A stretch of DNA of 64,000 nucleotides from an uncultured Acidobacteriota bacterium (GTDB taxonomy: Bacteria > Acidobacteriota > Thermoanaerobaculia > UBA5066 > Gp7-AA6), in assembly GCA_963764715.1 (NCBI GenBank), contig CAVXTP010000021.1, positions 288,001 to 352,000 on the forward strand, written 5' to 3'. Made by a program: the position numbers and the translations under genes. The first letter of the stretch is position 1, and each line of letters starts with the position of its first letter. The notes under the pieces were generated by a model. That model had not been told where the DNA came from and did not search any database. It saw only the letters and a program-made list of their open reading frames with translations. Positions 30,324-40,276 of the stretch are shown piece after piece.

Positions 30324-32744
30324 TCACTGGAGCGAGAAAGTCTTGACCACGAACGCGGCCATCTGCCCGCGGGTGGCGAGGGTCAGCGGGCAGTACTTGC
30401 CGCCGCCGCAGCCTCCGGTGATGGTTTCGGCGGCGAGCTGCTCGATCCAGTCGGCGAAGAGGGACGGGCAGGCCACGTCGGTGAAGGTCCCCGCGCAGGC
30501 CGGAGGGACGTAGCTCGAGCCGTGCTCGGCCTTCAACAGGAAGGGTGCCATCTGGTCGCGCCGCACGGGGTTGCCGGGACAGAACTTGCCGCCGCCGCAC
30601 CCTCCCGTGATCCCTTCCGCGGCGAGCGCCTCGATCCACGGAGCGAAGGTCGAGGGACAGGGAACGTCCGAGAACGTCCCGGCGCAGGGGGGCGGCGTGT
30701 AGCAGAGCCCGTGCTTGCCTCTCAGCAGGAAGACCGCCATCTGCTGGCGCAGCGTGTTGTCGTTGACGCCGTAGTTGCCTCCGCCGATGCCCGCCGTGAT
30801 GCCGTTCGAAACCAGCTTCGTGACGAAAGCGTAGAACTGCTGCCCCAGAGGCACGTCGAGGAAGTCCGAGACGAACGCCTTGAGCAGCGTCCCGACGGTT
30901 CCGTCCGTGTTCACGACCTGGATGTCGTTGGCGAGTCCGGCGGACAGCGGCGGAGTCTTCGCCGTGATCGTCGTCGCCGATGAGACGTTGATGTTCGTCG
31001 CGGGCTGGCCGCCGACGGTGACCGTCGCGCCCGCCGCGAAGTCGGTGCCCTTGATCGTGATCGTCGTGTTGCCGGCGGGGGGCCCGGAGGCGGGCGAGGC
31101 GGAGAACGCCAGGCCCTGCGAGAACTCGGAGGTGTTGCCGAGGGGATCGGTGGCCGTCGCGGTCACGCGGGTTCCCGGGACGGTCGCGACGGGCAGCGTC
31201 ACGTCGAACGCGACGTCGCCGTTCCCGTCGCTCGTGACCTGCGCCGTGCCGAGCCACGTCTCGCCCTCGAGGAACTCGCGGGGGAAGTTCGAGCAGGCGT
31301 TGGCGTAGAAGTCGAGGTCGTAGACGGTCGCCGCCTTCGAGTGGAGGACGCCCTGGATCCGGGTCGTCGCTCCGGTCGTCACCGACGTGAATAGGGGGAA
31401 GTTCTGCATGCCGTTCCCACCGGTATCGGTGTCCCCCGGGTCGTTGGGGGTCACGCCCTCGGGGCTCCCGGCCGGCATGACGTCGATGCCGAGCCCGGCG
31501 TTGCCGTGGATGGAGTTGCCTCGGATGACGTTGCCCTGGCTGAACGGCAGGTAGACGCCGTCGCCGGTGCCGCCGTTGAATTTCGTGTTCGCAATGACGT
31601 TGGCCTCGCCGGGTCCGATCCCGCCGATCGTGTGGTTGCCGCCGCCGACGTGAAGTCCCCGGTCGCCGTTGCCCATCGCGACCGTCCCCGTGACGTCGAC
31701 GCCGATGTAGTTTCCCTGAACGACCATTCCCGAAGCGGCCCCCGACTGGCCCAGGACGAGCCCGATGCCGCCGTTGTTGCTGATGACGTTCCGGGCCGCG
31801 GCGGTCGTGCCTCCGATCGTGACGGCCGGCGAGTCGCAGGTGATCCCGCGGTTGCTGTTGCCGAGCGGCGAGGCTCCCGTCACATCGACGCCGATGTAGT
31901 TGCCGGCGATGAGGATGTTGGCGGCCGGGGTGCCTCCGAGCTCGATGCCGTTCGTGTTTCCCGAGATCACGTTGCGGGCGCCGGCGGCCGTCCCGCCGAC
32001 CGTCACATCGGTGACGCGGGTGAGCACCAGCCCCGATCCGTTGGTCGGCAGACCGGCGGTCCCGGCGGCGTTGGTGCCGATGAGATTGCCCTGGATCGTG
32101 AGGCCGTGGATGCCCCCGACGGGGTCGAAGGCGACCTTGTCGTGGCCGCCCGAGATCAGGTTGCGTGCGGCCGGCGCGGTGCCGCCGATCCGGACGTTGG
32201 TCGGCGCTGCGCCGGTGACCTGGGCCGTCGGCGTCGAGTTGGACGGCGCCGAGGTCCCGGTCGCATCGGTTCCGAGGAAGCAGCCTTCGATCGCGGCGTT
32301 GCTGGCGGAATTCTGGAGCCGGATGCCGGCGAACTGGCACCCGTGGACGTTCAGGCCGCGGATCGTCGTGTCCGCCGCGGCGACATCGAGACAGATCGAC
32401 CCGGCGGGAAGGCCGGACCCGTCGATCTCGATCTGCAGGACGGTGTTCAGCCCCTGCGTCACGTCGTGGGTGTTGGCCGAGGAGCCCGACTGCGTGTAGC
32501 CGTCGATCGTGACCGGCGACGTGATCGCCGGCAGGGCGGTCGCGGGCGCGATCGCGTGGACTCCCGAGCCGACGATGTTGAAGGCGATCGTGTCGGCTCC
32601 GGCGGCGCCGTTGGCGTCGAGGATGGCCTGGCGGAGGGACCCGACTCCCGCGTCGGCATTCGTCGTGACGGTAAACGTCCCGGCGGCGAGCCTGGCGGTG
32701 GCGCAGAGCAGAGCGGCGCCAGCGATTCCGAGGCGTCGGATCAT
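30324..32744 (-). CDS. Secreted beta-helix + IPT/TIG + SLH-like surface protein (paralog 13)
   Basis: Same architecture; AGGAGG RBS before ATG 32744. Confidence 0.85.
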   Translation of the reverse strand: MIRRLGIAGAALLCATARLAAGTFTVTTNADAGVGSLRQAILDANGAAGADTIAFNIVGSGVHAIAPATALPAITSPVTIDGYTQSGSSANTHDVTQGLNTVLQIEIDGSGLPAGSICLDVAAADTTIRGLNVHGCQFAGIRLQNSASNAAIEGCFLGTDATGTSAPSNSTPTAQVTGAAPTNVRIGGTAPAARNLISGGHDKVAFDPVGGIHGLTIQGNLIGTNAAGTAGLPTNGSGLVLTRVTDVTVGGTAAGARNVISGNTNGIELGGTPAANILIAGNYIGVDVTGASPLGNSNRGITCDSPAVTIGGTTAAARNVISNNGGIGLVLGQSGAASGMVVQGNYIGVDVTGTVAMGNGDRGLHVGGGNHTIGGIGPGEANVIANTKFNGGTGDGVYLPFSQGNVIRGNSIHGNAGLGIDVMPAGSPEGVTPNDPGDTDTGGNGMQNFPLFTSVTTGATTRIQGVLHSKAATVYDLDFYANACSNFPREFLEGETWLGTAQVTSDGNGDVAFDVTLPVATVPGTRVTATATDPLGNTSEFSQGLAFSASPASGPPAGNTTITIKGTDFAAGATVTVGGQPATNINVSSATTITAKTPPLSAGLANDIQVVNTDGTVGTLLKAFVSDFLDVPLGQQFYAFVTKLVSNGITAGIGGGNYGVNDNTLRQQMAVFLLRGKHGLCYTPPPCAGTFSDVPCPSTFAPWIEALAAEGITGGCGGGKFCPGNPVRRDQMAPFLLKAEHGSSYVPPACAGTFTDVACPSLFADWIEQLAAETITGGCGGGKYCPLTLATRGQMAAFVVKTFSLQ

Positions 32745-32823
32745 GTTGGCCTCCTGATGGGAGCGGAAGATTTCACGTTCCGGAGTGAAAATCGACGGAA
32801 ATCGGCTCGCCGGGGCCGGGGGA

Positions 32824-35223
32824 CTACTGCAGGTTGAACGTCTTGACGATGAACACGGCCATCTGCCCGCGCGTGTTCGGGCTCGACGGGCAGTAGTTGC
32901 CGCCCCCGCACCCGCCGGTGATGCTTTCGGCGGCGAGCTGCTCGATCCAGTCGGCGAACTGCGAGGGGCACGGGACGTCGGGGAAGTCACCCGAGCACGC
33001 CGGCGGCACGTAGGTCGAGCCGTGCTCGGCCTTGAGCAGAAAGACGGCCATCTGGTCGCGGCGGACCGGATTGCCCGGACAGTAGTTGCCGCCGCCGCAG
33101 CCTCCCGTGATCCCCTCGGCCGCGAGCGCCTCGATCCAGTTGGCGAAAGTCGACGGGCAGGCCACGTCGCCGAAGACTCCCGCGCAGGGAGGCGGGACGT
33201 AGCAGAGGCCGTAACGGCCCTTGAGAAGGAAGACGGCCATTTGCTGGCGCAGCGTGGCCGCGTTAACGCCGTAGAGGCCTCCGCCGACTCCCGCCGTGAT
33301 GCCGTTGGCGACGAGGGCCGTGACGTACAGGTGGAACTGCTGCGCGTCGGGCACGTCGAGAAAGTCCGAAACCCATCCGTTGATGAGGATCCCGGCGCTG
33401 CCGTTCGTGTTCACGACGGTGACGTGGTTGACCGTCCCCGGCGCAAGGGCGGGGACCGTGGCCGAAAGCTGTGTGAAGGATGCGACGTTCACGTTGGACG
33501 CCGCGGCCGGCCCGATCGAGACCGTCGCGCCGTCGAGGAAGTCCGTCCCATGGACGGCGACCGACGCGCCGCCCGCCGGGTCCCCGGAGGTTGGCGCGAC
33601 CGAGAAGACCATCCGCTGCGAGAACTCGGAGGTGTTGCCGGCCGGATCGGTCGCCGTCGCGGTCACCGATTCTCCGAAGCCGGGGGTGACGACGTCGAAG
33701 GTCGCGATGCCGGAGACGCTGCTCGTCGTCGTCGGCGCAACGCCGATCAGGTAGGAGCCCTGGAGGAAATCGTGCGGGCGCGCCGCACACGCCGGATTGC
33801 CGAAGAACTCGAGCTGGTAGGCCGTCGAGGGCGCCCCGTGCAGGATGCCCTGGACCTCCGTGCCGCCCGGGACCTGGACCGCGGACGTGATGATCGGAAA
33901 ATTCTGCAGGTTGTTCGGGCCGGAGTCGCCGTCGAGGGGGTCGTTCGCGTCGACGCCGATCGACCCGAGGTCGATGCCGAGGCCCGCGTTCTCCCAGATG
34001 TTGTTCCCGCTGATCGTGTTGCCGTTGCCGTTCTGGATCCGGATCCCGCCGAAGATGCCGGTCCCGTTGTTCTTGATCGTGTTGCCTTCGCCCGGGCTCA
34101 ACCCGCCGATGACGGAGTTGTTTCCGTTGACCACGATTCCCCATTGCGCATTGCCGAGCGGCCCGGCCTGTCCGTCGCTCGCTCCGATCGAGTTGCCGAG
34201 GACGCTCGTGCCATTGGCCGAGATCTCGATGCCGTTGGCGCCGCTCGCGGCGACGACGTTGCCGACACCCGGCTCACCGATCGTATTGGCCGGGCCCTCC
34301 ACGCTGATCCCGTAGGTGCCGTTGCCGAGAGGGAGCGTCCCGGTCACGTCGGTCCCGATGAAATTTCCCTCGACCGTCGAAGACGTCACCGGGTCCCGCA
34401 GTCGCACGCCCCCGGCGAAGTTGCCCGAGATCACGTTGCGCTCGCCCGCGGTCGGACCGCCGATGCGGACGTCCGTGCCCGTGAGCGCCAGCTCGACCCC
34501 GCCCTGGGTGCCGGGGAGCGCGACCGTGCCGGTCGCATCGGTGCCGATCAGGTTGCCCGCGATGACGTGTCCGCTTCCGGCGCTCGCGTAGATGCCGTCG
34601 ATGACGTTGGCCGAGATGACGTTGCGAGCGGCCGGCGCGGAGCCTCCGACCGTCACGTCCGCGCCTCCGGAGATGAAAACTCCGGCCTCGCCGTTGCCGG
34701 CCGCAGCGCCGCCGGCGGGGTCCGTCCCGATGAAGCAACCCTCGACCTTCACGTCCGAGGCGCCGTCGATGCGAATTCCGGAATGCCCCCGATTGATCGC
34801 GAGCCCTCGCACGACGGTCCCGGTCGCCGTGGAGGCGATCTTGAGCACGGCCGCGTCGGTCGCCGCCCCGGTGTTCGTGCCGTCGATCTCGACGAGGATG
34901 ACCGCGCTGGTCCCCTGGTCCGGGGGGTTGGTGTTCGCGCTCGAGCCCGGCTGCGTGTAACCGTCGATCGTCACCGCGTCCGTGATCGTCGGCAGAGCGC
35001 TCGCCGGAGCGATCGTGTGGACGCCGCCTCCCGGAATGCCGAAGGCGATGGTGTCATCGCCGGCATTGCCATTGGCGTCGAGGATCGCCTGGCGCAGCGA
35101 GCCGACGCCGGAGTCGGCCGTGGTCGTGACCGTGAAAACCGCGGCGAGGGCGGGGATCGACGCGAGCGCAACCAGGACGGGGACGAGAATCGCGGACAGC
35201 CGACGGCCTCGTACGGAGAACAT
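32824..35223 (-). CDS. Secreted beta-helix + IPT/TIG + SLH-like surface protein (paralog 12)
   Basis: Same architecture; AAGGAG RBS. Confidence 0.85.
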   Translation of the reverse strand: MFSVRGRRLSAILVPVLVALASIPALAAVFTVTTTADSGVGSLRQAILDANGNAGDDTIAFGIPGGGVHTIAPASALPTITDAVTIDGYTQPGSSANTNPPDQGTSAVILVEIDGTNTGAATDAAVLKIASTATGTVVRGLAINRGHSGIRIDGASDVKVEGCFIGTDPAGGAAAGNGEAGVFISGGADVTVGGSAPAARNVISANVIDGIYASAGSGHVIAGNLIGTDATGTVALPGTQGGVELALTGTDVRIGGPTAGERNVISGNFAGGVRLRDPVTSSTVEGNFIGTDVTGTLPLGNGTYGISVEGPANTIGEPGVGNVVAASGANGIEISANGTSVLGNSIGASDGQAGPLGNAQWGIVVNGNNSVIGGLSPGEGNTIKNNGTGIFGGIRIQNGNGNTISGNNIWENAGLGIDLGSIGVDANDPLDGDSGPNNLQNFPIITSAVQVPGGTEVQGILHGAPSTAYQLEFFGNPACAARPHDFLQGSYLIGVAPTTTSSVSGIATFDVVTPGFGESVTATATDPAGNTSEFSQRMVFSVAPTSGDPAGGASVAVHGTDFLDGATVSIGPAAASNVNVASFTQLSATVPALAPGTVNHVTVVNTNGSAGILINGWVSDFLDVPDAQQFHLYVTALVANGITAGVGGGLYGVNAATLRQQMAVFLLKGRYGLCYVPPPCAGVFGDVACPSTFANWIEALAAEGITGGCGGGNYCPGNPVRRDQMAVFLLKAEHGSTYVPPACSGDFPDVPCPSQFADWIEQLAAESITGGCGGGNYCPSSPNTRGQMAVFIVKTFNLQ

Positions 35224-35299
35224 GCGTCTCTCCTTTTGAGTCGTGTCTGCTCGACTTCGAGAATCCTATCCCGCGACGGGGACCATGGAACGCGAACCC

Positions 35300-37726
35300 T
35301 TATTGAAGGGTGAAGGTCTTCACGATGAACACGGCCATCTGCCCGCGCGTATTCGGGTTCAGCGGGCAGTAGTTGCCCCCGCCACAACCGCCGGTGACGT
35401 TCTCGGCCGCGAGTCGCTCGATCCAGTTGGCGAAGGTGGACGGGCACGGAACGTCGGCGAACGTTCCGGCGCAGGCGGGCGGGACGTAAGTCGAGCCGTG
35501 CTCCGTCTTCAGCAGGAAGACGGCCATCTGGTCGCGGCGCACGGGGCTGAGCGGGCAGTAGTTCGTTCCGCCGCAGCCGCCGGTGATGCCCAGCGTCGCG
35601 AGGGCCTCGATCCAGGGGGCGAAGGTTCCGGGACAGGCGACGTCCGTGAAGAATCCCGGCGTGCAGGCCGGCGGGACGTAGCAGATCCCGAATTTCGCCT
35701 TGAGCAGGAAGACCGCCATCTGCTGGCGCAGGGTGCTGTTCGCGACGCCGTAGTTGCCCCCGCCCACGCCCGCCGTGATCCCGTTGGAAACGAGGGTCGT
35801 GACGAAGCCGTGAAACTGGTTGTTCAGCGGCACGTCGTTGAAGTCCGCCACCCAGCCCTTCGACAGCGTCCCCGTGGTCGCGTCGGGGTTGGTCAGGGTG
35901 ACGTCGCCGAGCGAGCCCGCAGGCAGGGCCGGCGTCCTCACCTCGACCTGGGTCGAGTTCTGCCAGAAGAAGTCGGTTGTCGGTAGTCCTCCGATCGTGA
36001 CCGTCGCTGTGTTGGAGAAGTTGGTGCCCCGGACCACGACGAGGGTGCCTCCCGCGGGGGGGCCGGAGACCGGGCTGATCGAAAAGACGAGCCGGGGCGA
36101 GAGCTCCGACGTGTTCCCGCTCGGGTCGGTCGCCGTGACCGTCACTCGCTGACCCGCCTCGATCGTGTAGGCCAGGCTGACGTCGAAGGCGGCGTGGCCC
36201 GCGCCATCGGTCGAAAGGTCGGATGAGCCGATGTAGACGAGGCCCTCCTCGAAATCATGCGGACGGCCGGCGCACGCGGGATTGGCGAAGAAGTCGAGCG
36301 CGTACGTCGTGGAAGGGGTCGTATCGAGGGTCCCGATGACTTCCGTGCCCGAGGGCGCGAGCGGCGCGGCCGAGGTGATGATGGGATAGTTCTGGCGCCC
36401 GTTGGGGCCCGTGTCGGCGTCCAGCGCGTCGTTGGGGGTGACGCCGTCGGCTGCCAGATCGATGCCGATCGTGCCGTTGGCGTAGATCGAGTTGCCCCGG
36501 ATGGCATCGTTGGCGATGTTGCCGAGCAGGACGATGCCGCCGACGGTGCTGTGCGCGACGATGTTGGCTTCGCCGGGCGCCGTGCCGCCGATGGTCGCGT
36601 TGCTGCCGAAGATCGCGATCCCGCGATTGTGATTGCCCAGCGCGAAGCTGCCGGTCGGGTCGGTCCCGATGAGGTTGCCCTGGACGACGACCCCCGTCAC
36701 GCCCCCCGCGATCGACAGGCCGTCGAGGGCGTTCGACGAGATGACGTTGCCCGCGCCGGGAGCCGGGCCCCCGATCGTGCTGCCGTTGGCCTCGACCAGG
36801 ATTCCATAGTTGAGGTTGGGAAGCGGCCCCGTCCCGGTGACGTCGGTGCCGATGAAGTTCCCCCGGACGACGAGGCCCGAGCCGTTGTTGAGCCGGATGC
36901 CGTAGAGAAGGTTGCCCGAGATGACGTTGCGGCTGGCCGCGGTCGTGCCCCCGATCGTGATGTTGGAGCTCGAGGCATTGTCGATCTCGACGCCGACCTG
37001 CTCACCCCCGAGAGCGTTGCCGCCCGATGCGTCCGTGCCGATCAGGTTGCCCTGGATCAGGTGCCCGCTGCCGCCGAGGCCGGCCGAGCCGAAGTCGATC
37101 CCGGCCGTTCCGTTGGCTGAGATCAGGTTGCGGGCGGCGGGAGTCGTGCCGCCCACGGTGACGTTGGAGGGCCCGTTGTTGCCGAGGATCCCGAAATTGG
37201 TGTTCCCGTGGGCGACCGTTCCGGTCGGATCGGTGCCGATGAAGTTGCCGGCGATGACCATTCCGGCGACCCCGGAGAGACGGATCCCCGCGTAATGGCC
37301 GCGATTGATGACGAGGCCCTGGACGGCGCTCCCGCCGCTGCCAGGCGCGAAGTAGAGGACGGCGGCGTCGCTTCCGAGCCCGGTGTTCGTCCCGTCGATC
37401 TCGATCTGGAGGACGGCATTGGTCGCCTGGTCCGGGGCGTTCGTGTTGGCGCTCGCTCCCGACTGCGTGTAGCCGTCGATCGTGACGGGCCCCGTGATCA
37501 ATGGAAGCGCGCTCGCCGGCGCGATGGTGTGCAGACCCGATCCGACGATGGCGAACCCGATCGTGTCGGCGCCGACGGAGGCGTTGGCGTCGAGGATCGC
37601 CTGGCGCAGCGACCCGGCGCCGCTGTCGGCGGTGCTCGTGACCGTGAAGGTGTTGGCGAACGTCGACGAGGCCCCGAACAGGCCGATGGCCGCGAGGAGG
37701 GGAAGACCCCGGAGCGACGAGCGCAT
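35300..37726 (-). CDS. Secreted beta-helix + IPT/TIG + SLH-like surface protein (paralog 11)
   Basis: Same architecture. Confidence 0.85.
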   Translation of the reverse strand: MRSSLRGLPLLAAIGLFGASSTFANTFTVTSTADSGAGSLRQAILDANASVGADTIGFAIVGSGLHTIAPASALPLITGPVTIDGYTQSGASANTNAPDQATNAVLQIEIDGTNTGLGSDAAVLYFAPGSGGSAVQGLVINRGHYAGIRLSGVAGMVIAGNFIGTDPTGTVAHGNTNFGILGNNGPSNVTVGGTTPAARNLISANGTAGIDFGSAGLGGSGHLIQGNLIGTDASGGNALGGEQVGVEIDNASSSNITIGGTTAASRNVISGNLLYGIRLNNGSGLVVRGNFIGTDVTGTGPLPNLNYGILVEANGSTIGGPAPGAGNVISSNALDGLSIAGGVTGVVVQGNLIGTDPTGSFALGNHNRGIAIFGSNATIGGTAPGEANIVAHSTVGGIVLLGNIANDAIRGNSIYANGTIGIDLAADGVTPNDALDADTGPNGRQNYPIITSAAPLAPSGTEVIGTLDTTPSTTYALDFFANPACAGRPHDFEEGLVYIGSSDLSTDGAGHAAFDVSLAYTIEAGQRVTVTATDPSGNTSELSPRLVFSISPVSGPPAGGTLVVVRGTNFSNTATVTIGGLPTTDFFWQNSTQVEVRTPALPAGSLGDVTLTNPDATTGTLSKGWVADFNDVPLNNQFHGFVTTLVSNGITAGVGGGNYGVANSTLRQQMAVFLLKAKFGICYVPPACTPGFFTDVACPGTFAPWIEALATLGITGGCGGTNYCPLSPVRRDQMAVFLLKTEHGSTYVPPACAGTFADVPCPSTFANWIERLAAENVTGGCGGGNYCPLNPNTRGQMAVFIVKTFTLQ

Positions 37727-37863
37727 TTTGTGCCGACCTTTCTTGGGGGACCGAAGGGGAGCCCGGGGAGTCTATCCCGGTCCGGCCGAGCGGGGGGACC
37801 CGTCGAGTGCGGAACGAACGAGCGTCGGAGCGGCCGACGAGGCCGCCCCGACACTCCGCACGG

Positions 37864-40059
37864 TCACTGAAGATTGAAGGTCTTGACGACGAATACGGCC
37901 ATCTGGCCCCGGGTGGCGAGGTTCAGCGGGCAGTAGTTGCCACCGCCGCAGCCTCCGGTGATGGTCTCCGCGTTGAGCTGCTCGATCCAGTCCGCGAAAA
38001 GCGATGGGCACGCGACGTCGGCGAAGGTGCCGGCGCAGGCGGGGGGGACGTAGCTCGAGCCGTGCTCGGCCTTGAGCAGGAACGGGGCCATCTGGTCGCG
38101 GCGGACGGGGTTGGCCGGGCAGAAGTTGCCATTCCCGCATCCCCCGGTGATGCCCTCGGCCGCGAGGGCCTCGATCCAGTCCGCGAAGGTCGAGGGGCAC
38201 GGAACGTCGCCGAAAATGCCGGTGCACGACGGCGGCACGTAGCACAGTCCGTGGCGTCCTTTCAGAAGAAACACCGCCATCTGTTGACGCAACGTTGACA
38301 GATCGACGCCGTAGTTGCCGCCGCCCACGCCGACGGTGATCGCGTTCGAGACGAGGGTGGTGACGAACGCATAGAACGGGTGACCGCCGTCCACGTCGAG
38401 GAAATCCGCGACCCAGGCCTTCGGGAGCGCCCCCGTCGTGCCGTCGGGGGTGGTGACGACCAGGTCGTTGACCGTGCCGGGCCCGAGAGCAGGCGAGGTG
38501 GACTGGAGGAGATGGTCGCTGTCGAAGGCGACGGGAGTCGAAATGCCGCCGATCGTCATCGTCGTCGGGTCGGCGAAGTCGGTTCCGGAAACCACGATCC
38601 CCGTTCCGCCCGACGCCGGGCCGGAGACGGAGCTCGACATGGAGAAGGCGATGCGTTGGGAGAATTCGGAGGTATTGCCGTTGGGATCCGTCGCCGTGGC
38701 GGATATGCGGGCGCCCGCGACGGTGGCCACGGGGAGGGTCACGTCGATCGCGGCGCTGCCGGAGCCGTCCGTCGTGACCTGCGAGGACGCGAGGTAAGTC
38801 TCGCCCTCGAGGAACTCCCGCGGGAAGTTGGAGCAGGCGGGATTGGCGTAGAAGTCGAGATCGAACGTCGTGCTCGCGGCGCCGTTGAACTTGCCGACGA
38901 TGTGGGTCGTCGCTCCCGTCGTGATCGACTGGAGGATCGGAAAGTTCTGGAGATGGTTGCTGCCCTCGTCGACGTCGCCGGGATCGTTGGGGTTCGGCGC
39001 CGAGCCGCCCGTGTACAGCTTGATCCCGAGAGGCCCGTTGTCGTGGATCGAGTTGCCCCGGACCCTGTTGTTGATGCCCCCGACGTTGACGCCGAAGTTG
39101 CCGTTGTAGGCGATCTCGTTCGGCTGGCCGGGCAGGAGGCCGCCGATCGAGGAATTGTTGCTTTCGTGGATGTTGATCCCGTCGATGGCATTGGCGAGCG
39201 GGCCCGTGCCGTCCGCGGTCGTTCCGATCCGGTTTCCGTAGACCAGGGTCGCGCCCTGGATCCAGAGGCCGTGGAGGCTGTTGCCGGAGATGACGTTGCC
39301 GGCGCCCGGATCGGTCCCGCCGATGGTGCTGCCGTTGGCGAAGACGCCGATCCCGACGCCGTTCGGGACCGCTTTCGTTCCGGTCGCGTCGGTCCCGACG
39401 AGGTTGCCCTGCACGGTGACGCCGGCGAGGACGGTGAGGGCGCCGCCGAAGATGCCGGAGGAGTTGCCCGAGATGAGATTGCGGTCGGCCGGGGCCGTCC
39501 CGCCGACGGTGTTGCCCGGATCCTCGATCTGAAGGCCGGCGCTGTTCGGCCGCGCCAGTGTGCCGGTCGGGTCGGTTCCGGCGAAGTTGCCGCGAAGGAC
39601 GCAGTTGCTCGCGCCGCCCCGAACCACGATTCCGGTCGAGAAGCGGTTGACGACGAGCCCCTGCACCGTGCTCCCGTTGGTCTGGGACCCCGTGAAGTTG
39701 AGCCCGGTGGCGCCCGCGGTGCTGCCGTCGAGCTCGATGAGAAGGACCGCGTTCGTTCCGAAGGGCAGCGTGTTGACGCTCGTGCCCGGCTGCGAGTAGC
39801 CGTCGACCATCACCGCGTCGGAGAACTGGGGCAGGGTCGTGGCCGGCGTGATCGTGTGGACGCCGCCGCCGGGAATGTTGAAGGCGATCGTGTCGAAGCC
39901 GGCCGTCGCGTTGGCGTCGAGGATCGCCTGGCGCAGCGACCCCGCGCCGGAGTCGTTGGAGTTGGTCACGGTGAGCGTCGCGGCGGAAAGAGGCGAGGCC
40001 AGGGTGAACGCGGCCGCCATGGCGAGGCGACGCAGGCCGCCGGGAATCGGGGTGCCCAT
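37864..40059 (-). CDS. Secreted beta-helix + IPT/TIG + SLH-like surface protein (paralog 10)
   Basis: Same architecture; AAGGAG RBS before ATG 40059. Confidence 0.85.
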   Translation of the reverse strand: MGTPIPGGLRRLAMAAAFTLASPLSAATLTVTNSNDSGAGSLRQAILDANATAGFDTIAFNIPGGGVHTITPATTLPQFSDAVMVDGYSQPGTSVNTLPFGTNAVLLIELDGSTAGATGLNFTGSQTNGSTVQGLVVNRFSTGIVVRGGASNCVLRGNFAGTDPTGTLARPNSAGLQIEDPGNTVGGTAPADRNLISGNSSGIFGGALTVLAGVTVQGNLVGTDATGTKAVPNGVGIGVFANGSTIGGTDPGAGNVISGNSLHGLWIQGATLVYGNRIGTTADGTGPLANAIDGINIHESNNSSIGGLLPGQPNEIAYNGNFGVNVGGINNRVRGNSIHDNGPLGIKLYTGGSAPNPNDPGDVDEGSNHLQNFPILQSITTGATTHIVGKFNGAASTTFDLDFYANPACSNFPREFLEGETYLASSQVTTDGSGSAAIDVTLPVATVAGARISATATDPNGNTSEFSQRIAFSMSSSVSGPASGGTGIVVSGTDFADPTTMTIGGISTPVAFDSDHLLQSTSPALGPGTVNDLVVTTPDGTTGALPKAWVADFLDVDGGHPFYAFVTTLVSNAITVGVGGGNYGVDLSTLRQQMAVFLLKGRHGLCYVPPSCTGIFGDVPCPSTFADWIEALAAEGITGGCGNGNFCPANPVRRDQMAPFLLKAEHGSSYVPPACAGTFADVACPSLFADWIEQLNAETITGGCGGGNYCPLNLATRGQMAVFVVKTFNLQ

Positions 40060-40075
40060 CAGCAGCTCCTTGAAG

Positions 40076-40267
40076 TCATTGCAGGCCGGAGGTCTTCGTG
40101 ATGAAGACCGCCATCTGCCCGCGTGTGTTCGGGTTGAGGGGACAGTCGTTGCCGCCGCCGCAGCCGCCCGTGATGTTCTCGCCGGCCGCCGCCTCGATCC
40201 AGTTGGCGAAGGTCGAGGGACATGGGACGTCGGCGAACATGCCGACGCACGGCGCCGGGGTGTGACA
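40076..40267 (-). pseudogene. Orphan degenerate SLH repeat / 3'-end remnant
   Basis: Reads [63 protein letters not shown]. Lies in the same frame as the upstream gene, after its TGA. Confidence 0.85.
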
Positions 40268-40276
40268 TCTGTGAAA

